This document shows positions 60,020-64,000 of a stretch of 64,000 nt of DNA, piece after piece. A program made the translations under genes and the position numbers. The stretch is from Gammaproteobacteria bacterium. Its GTDB lineage: Bacteria > Pseudomonadota > Gammaproteobacteria > JABABF01. Under the pieces are notes generated by a model. It was not told the origin of the DNA. It saw only the letters and a list, made by a program, of their open reading frames with translations, and made no database searches. Every line of letters begins with the position of its first letter. Position 1 is the first letter of the stretch. The DNA is taken from the NCBI GenBank assembly GCA_965237805.1, contig OZ250153.1:1333816-1397815 (forward strand), written 5' to 3'.

Positions 60020-60742
60020 ATGGCAACAGCTGGGCAATTTGGGGTGATCATCACCGCTGTGGACGAAACGTGGTCGCTGTCTGAGACGATCCAGCGCTTG
60101 CTGGCTGACAACGCCAGCGATATTGTCGACATAGTCGTGGCGACTGCGCCGCAAGCGACGCCGGAGTGCTTGGCCGTTGTTGCGGAGCTGGTGGCGCAGC
60201 ACCCAGCCTGTGTGCGCTGGCACGAGCAGGCTCGCCTGCCGGGTGTGGGTGGCGCCATACAGGAATGCGTCGGGCTGGTGCGCGGAGATTGGGTGGTGCT
60301 GATGTCGAGTGATTTAGAAACCCCACCTGCGGTGGTGCGGGAGATGATTGCACGCGCACGGCGTGGCGATGTCGACATAGTCGCCACCTCACGGTGGATG
60401 GACGGTGGTGGCTTCGGCGACTATTCCCGAGTTAAACTGCTATGCAATTGGCTGTTCCAAAAGTTCTTCTCGTTGCTGTACCGTACGCAGCTCACCGATA
60501 TGACTTATGGTTTTCGAGCCTATCGCACACAGCTATTGCGAGACTACCGTTGGCGCGAGACGGGGCATGCTTATTTCTTGGAAGCGTTGGTTGTGCCGCT
60601 ACGCGACGAGCAGCGGGTGGTCGAGATTCCCGCTGAGTGGCAACGGCGGCGCGAGGGAACCAGTCATATCCGCTTGCGTGATTTCTTGCGTTACTTTTAC
60701 ATTGGCCTCTGCGTGTGGTTCAGGCCGAGAAAAAAACACTGA
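60020..60742 (+). CDS. GT2-family glycosyltransferase (polyprenyl-phosphate sugar synthase-like, DPM1/ArnC type).
   Basis: VIITAVDE...DIVDIVVATAPQ...DADLE-type GT2 core (MSSDLETPP). C-terminal TM. Confidence 0.75.
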   Translation: MATAGQFGVIITAVDETWSLSETIQRLLADNASDIVDIVVATAPQATPECLAVVAELVAQHPACVRWHEQARLPGVGGAIQECVGLVRGDWVVLMSSDLETPPAVVREMIARARRGDVDIVATSRWMDGGGFGDYSRVKLLCNWLFQKFFSLLYRTQLTDMTYGFRAYRTQLLRDYRWRETGHAYFLEALVVPLRDEQRVVEIPAEWQRRREGTSHIRLRDFLRYFYIGLCVWFRPRKKH

Positions 60743-60793
60743 AAAATATATGCCTAGGAGCGAACTCTGGGCACAGCGCTCGCGCGAGAGGTA

Positions 60794-61174
60794 TTGCCAG
60801 CATATTTCCTGAGCCCGGATGTCGGGCGTTACGACGATATTTTCGCCAGCTTCATCGTCAAGCGCATAGCAGACCATTTGGGTCATGGCATGGCCTTTGG
60901 CAAGCCCGTGGTCAGGCAGGATAGGAACGAGCACGATTTGTCCCATGATTTTGCTGAGGAACGCTTGGGCATGCGCCTGACAGATGTGTTCATCACTGCA
61001 TTAGAGCAGTCGCAACTGTGTGCGGGAAACTATGCCGATTGCGTGTTGGAGTTGGCTCCACAAGTTGAGGAGCGGTTGCGAGAGAGCCCGTTGCCTTCGG
61101 CACAGGATCGTGCGGATTTGTCGGCATTCTTCTCTGCTTATCGGCAGTGGGCACAGTTGTCATTGTGGCAGTAG
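60794..61174 (+). CDS. Hypothetical protein (TTG start; may be a gene remnant).
   Basis: 126-aa ORF between the GT2 and GT87 genes. No recognisable motifs. Confidence 0.25.
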   Translation: MPAYFLSPDVGRYDDIFASFIVKRIADHLGHGMAFGKPVVRQDRNEHDLSHDFAEERLGMRLTDVFITALEQSQLCAGNYADCVLELAPQVEERLRESPLPSAQDRADLSAFFSAYRQWAQLSLWQ

Positions 61175-61465
61175 AGGCAATGTGATGAGCCATTGGCCGA
61201 AGCCACGGATAGCCGCTCTTTGCCCGTAGAGAATGCCAGTGCCGCTGGGTGGCAGGGTGGGGTTAATACACTGCCGTTGGTGGGGCGATGGCCACTGTTT
61301 CTTGGCAGATCTTGCTGGTTCCGGCCGGATTGGTCTTGGGTGGTTTTGCTGTGCGAGCCGTGCGCTGGTGCCTGCTTGCCGCTGCCAGAGGCGCCCTGTA
61401 GAATGGCAGCGGCAGCGTGATAGTTGCCCACTATGCACAGCGGTCATTGCCGAAGAGGCTCCATC

Positions 61466-62665
61466 ATGCAACGACAACTAGACGCTCCACAGCACATTGT
61501 GTTGATCACCATCGCACTGGGCTTGGGATTGGTGCTGTTAAGCCAAATGCTGGTTAATGAACCTTGGTTTCCCATTTATCGCATGCCGCTTGCCACCGAC
61601 TACTTTGTCTTGTGGTCCGCCTCACAGAATTTTGTGGCAGGACATAACCTCTACCAAGATATCCTCTACGTTTTTCCGCCAATCCCAGCTATGCTCAATA
61701 GCCCGTTGCTCTATTTTTCCACAGACATGGCAGTGTTGCACTGGGCGCTGGCATGTGGCGTATTTATCTCCATCGTGCTCTCAATGTCATTGCTGTATCA
61801 CACTTTTTTTCCTGGCAATTGGCGCAGTGATGTGGCTTTCCTCGTCGTTGCCAGCAGCATCGCCGCGCTCAGCTATCCAGTGTATTTTCTGGTCAGCCGA
61901 GTGAATATTGATGGCGGAGTATTGTTGCTGCTCTGCATCGGGCTCTATATGTTGGCAAGGCACGAGCGCATTGCCGGTGTGTTCTTTGCCTTGGCGATTG
62001 CCTGCAAGATATACCCTATACTCATCGTGTTGCCGCTAGTCGCACAACGGCGATGGCAGGCATTGGCGGCGCTGGGATTGACCATGGCATTGCTGGTGCT
62101 AGTGGCCCCAGGGTTGTGGCTGGAATTTCTGCAGGAACGAATCTGGCACAGAGCCGCGTCGCCCGGCTTTTACTACTCCGGCAGCCTAGCAGCCAATTTT
62201 GGGCGTTTGAGCCGATTTTTGGGTGGGGAGAGCTACTTCTGGAGCCAAGTGGGCCACTTGGTCTGGCTGACGCTGCTGAGCACTTGTTGGGGATTGGATT
62301 GGGTCAGCGGGAAAAGATCTGACAGCCGCGATGCATGCGCCCAAGCCACCCTTTACCTGCCATTCATGGTGGCAGTGCCCCAAGTGGCCTACCACTACGA
62401 ATTGGTTTGTGTGCTACCCATGTTGGCGATGCTTTCGTGGCGATGGCAACATAGCGCATCGCCACTGGAAACAGCATGGTTGACTACTATTGCGCTGGGG
62501 CTAGCCATCAGTCAATTCCAAGCGCATAGCGCCGTAAGCAAAATTAGCTCGGGAATCCCCGGATTAGGGCTGTTCATTATCCTGCTTGGGGTCACCGCAT
62601 ACCAAGTGGTGCGGTTCAAAGCGGCGCAGCGGCAACGGCAACCCAGTGTCGCGGTCGCGCCATGA
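61466..62665 (+). CDS. DUF2029/GT87-like polyprenyl-phosphate-sugar-dependent membrane glycosyltransferase (copy 1).
   Basis: About 10 TM segments; MQRQLDAPQH start (internal to ORF 61424..62665). Conserved Y-x-Y-P-P and KIYPILIVLPLV blocks typical of GT-C/GT87 mannosyltransferase-like proteins. Confidence 0.65.
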   Translation: MQRQLDAPQHIVLITIALGLGLVLLSQMLVNEPWFPIYRMPLATDYFVLWSASQNFVAGHNLYQDILYVFPPIPAMLNSPLLYFSTDMAVLHWALACGVFISIVLSMSLLYHTFFPGNWRSDVAFLVVASSIAALSYPVYFLVSRVNIDGGVLLLLCIGLYMLARHERIAGVFFALAIACKIYPILIVLPLVAQRRWQALAALGLTMALLVLVAPGLWLEFLQERIWHRAASPGFYYSGSLAANFGRLSRFLGGESYFWSQVGHLVWLTLLSTCWGLDWVSGKRSDSRDACAQATLYLPFMVAVPQVAYHYELVCVLPMLAMLSWRWQHSASPLETAWLTTIALGLAISQFQAHSAVSKISSGIPGLGLFIILLGVTAYQVVRFKAAQRQRQPSVAVAP

Positions 62666-63071
62666 TCGATTGGGAGACACCAACGGCAATATGGCGGTGA
62701 TGCCGCAATAGCCGCCACCACGCCACATCGCCATTGCCACAGTAGCACCATAATGCAGCCACATCTCGACACTCCCCAGCACATCGTGTTGACCACAATG
62801 GTGTGACGGTGCGGCGTGTGCTGCCCCGGTCACGCAACAGGAATACCAATCCACTGATCAGGCTGGCCAGCAGCGCCAGCAGCAAGATGACGATGGCGGG
62901 GCGTAGCCACATGGGCGGCGGGCATCGGCGGTGCGAGGGAAGCAACATATATCCACCATGGGTTTCCGAGTCTGAACGTGCCTCGAGTATCAGTACAAGT
63001 GGCAGCGTGATAGTTGCCCACTATGATAGTTGCCCACTATGCACAGCGGTCATTGCCGAAGAGGCTCCATC

Positions 63072-64000
63072 ATGCAACGACAACTAGACGCTCCACAGCA
63101 CATTGTGTTGATCACCATCGCACTGGGCTTGGGATTGGTGCTGTTAGGCCAAATGCTGGTTAATGAACCTTGGTTTCCCATTTATCGCATGACGCTTGCC
63201 ACCGACTACGATGTCTTGTGGTCCGCCTCACAGAATTTTTTGGCAGGACATAACCTCTACCAAGATATCCGCTACGTTTTTCCGCCAATCCCAGCTATGC
63301 TCAATAGCCCGTTGCTCTATTTTCCCACAGACATGGCAGTATTGCACTGGGTGCTGGCATGTGGCGTATTTATCTCCATCGTGCTCTCAATGTCATTGCT
63401 GTATCACACCTTTTTTCCTGGCAATTGGCGCAGTGATGTGGCTTTCCTCGTCGTTGCCAGCAGCATCGCCGCGCTCAGCTATCCAGTGTATTTTCTGGTC
63501 AGCCGAGTGAATATTGATGGCGGAGTATTGTTGCTGCTCTGCATCGGGCTCTATATGTTGGCAAGGCACGAGCGCATTGCCGGTGTGTTCTTTGCCTTGG
63601 CGATTGCCTGTAAGATATACCCTATACTCATCGTGTTGCCGCTAGTCGCACAACGGCGATGGCAGGCATTGGCGGTGCTGGGATTGACCATGGCATTGCT
63701 GGTGCTAGTGGCCCCAGGGTTGTGGCTGGAATTTCTGCAGGAACGAATCTGGCACAGAGCCGCGCTGCCCGGCTTTGACGGTACCACCGGCAGCCTAAAC
63801 GGCAGCCTAGCAGCCACTTTTTGGCGTTTGAGCCACTTTTTGGGTGGGGAGAGCCACTTCTGGAGCCAAGTGGGCTACTTGGTCTGGCTGACGCTGCTGA
63901 GCACTTGTTGGGGATTGGATTGGGTCAGCGGGAAAAGATCTGACAGCCGCGATGCATGCGCCCAAGCCATCCTTTACCTGCCATTCATGGTGGCAGTGCC
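63072..64000 (+). CDS. DUF2029/GT87-like glycosyltransferase paralog (copy 2; runs off the right edge, >=309 aa).
   Basis: About 95% nt identity to copy 1 from 59 bp upstream of the ATG onward. Has a 7-aa insertion (GTTGSLN) relative to copy 1. Absent from the ORF track because there is no stop in the window. Confidence 0.65.
   Translation, partial: MQRQLDAPQHIVLITIALGLGLVLLGQMLVNEPWFPIYRMTLATDYDVLWSASQNFLAGHNLYQDIRYVFPPIPAMLNSPLLYFPTDMAVLHWVLACGVFISIVLSMSLLYHTFFPGNWRSDVAFLVVASSIAALSYPVYFLVSRVNIDGGVLLLLCIGLYMLARHERIAGVFFALAIACKIYPILIVLPLVAQRRWQALAVLGLTMALLVLVAPGLWLEFLQERIWHRAALPGFDGTTGSLNGSLAATFWRLSHFLGGESHFWSQVGYLVWLTLLSTCWGLDWVSGKRSDSRDACAQAILYLPFMVAV

Noticed and set aside
62616-62948. 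110-aa minus ORF with one hydrophobic segment in the spacer between the two DUF2029 copies.
   Set aside because: The region contains a degenerate remnant of a third DUF2029 gene start on the plus strand. The minus ORF has no RBS or conservation signal, so it is kept as unlikely.

Overview
High-GC (~65%) chromosomal segment, most likely from a gammaproteobacterium (fabA/fabB, erpA, polA, caa3-type cox operon). Region by region:

- 1..9.9 kb (minus strand): a surface/secretion cluster. It holds a partial gene for a secreted CARDB-like tandem-repeat protein that runs off the left edge (so it is absent from the ORF track), a 1892-aa secreted giant protein (CARDB x4, M23 peptidase x2, InlB-B-repeat-like x2, HYR, C-terminal GlyGly-CTERM-like anchor) containing a near-perfect 1134-bp tandem in-frame duplication, an OM beta-barrel gene, and a lipoprotein gene carrying a 13-nt homopolymer in codons 3-7 plus a homopolymer-rich promoter.
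- 9.9-16 kb: polA, a CmcI-family methyltransferase gene, erpA, and a 16S rRNA gene followed by tRNA-Ile(GAT) with no 23S/5S anywhere downstream.
- 16-20.4 kb: LpxL-like acyltransferase and glycosyltransferase genes, including a 772-aa triple-GT fusion.
- 20.4-32.6 kb: fdxA, then a 10-gene R64/PAPI-1-type type IVB pilus cluster (pilL-N-O-P-Q-R-S-T-V-M order, minus strand) plus two co-oriented unknown genes. The cluster sits between core genes fdxA and moaA, with no relaxase, T4SS or integrase in view.
- 32.8-50.4 kb: core genes moaA, smpB/tRNA-Gly(CCC), msrA, birA-coaX, tRNA-Thr with a 143-bp tandem duplication of its 3' half plus the coaX 3' end, ispB, pgi, PMM/PGM, galU, manC, fabA-fabB, DUF192, an AGCS transporter, moeA, moaB, yaaA.
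- 50.4-53 kb: a low-GC islet with a frameshifted TPR gene, an FRG-domain gene broken by an in-frame TGA, and a beta-class DNA methyltransferase.
- 53-58.5 kb: a voltage-gated cation channel gene and coxB-coxA-ctaG-coxC.
- 58.6-64 kb: a low-GC HsdR-N-like nuclease-domain gene with its own sigma70-like promoter directly after coxC, a GT2 gene, and tandem paralogous DUF2029/GT87 genes (the second runs off the right edge).

Many listed ORFs, especially antisense and alternative-frame ones, are high-GC artefacts and are rejected below.
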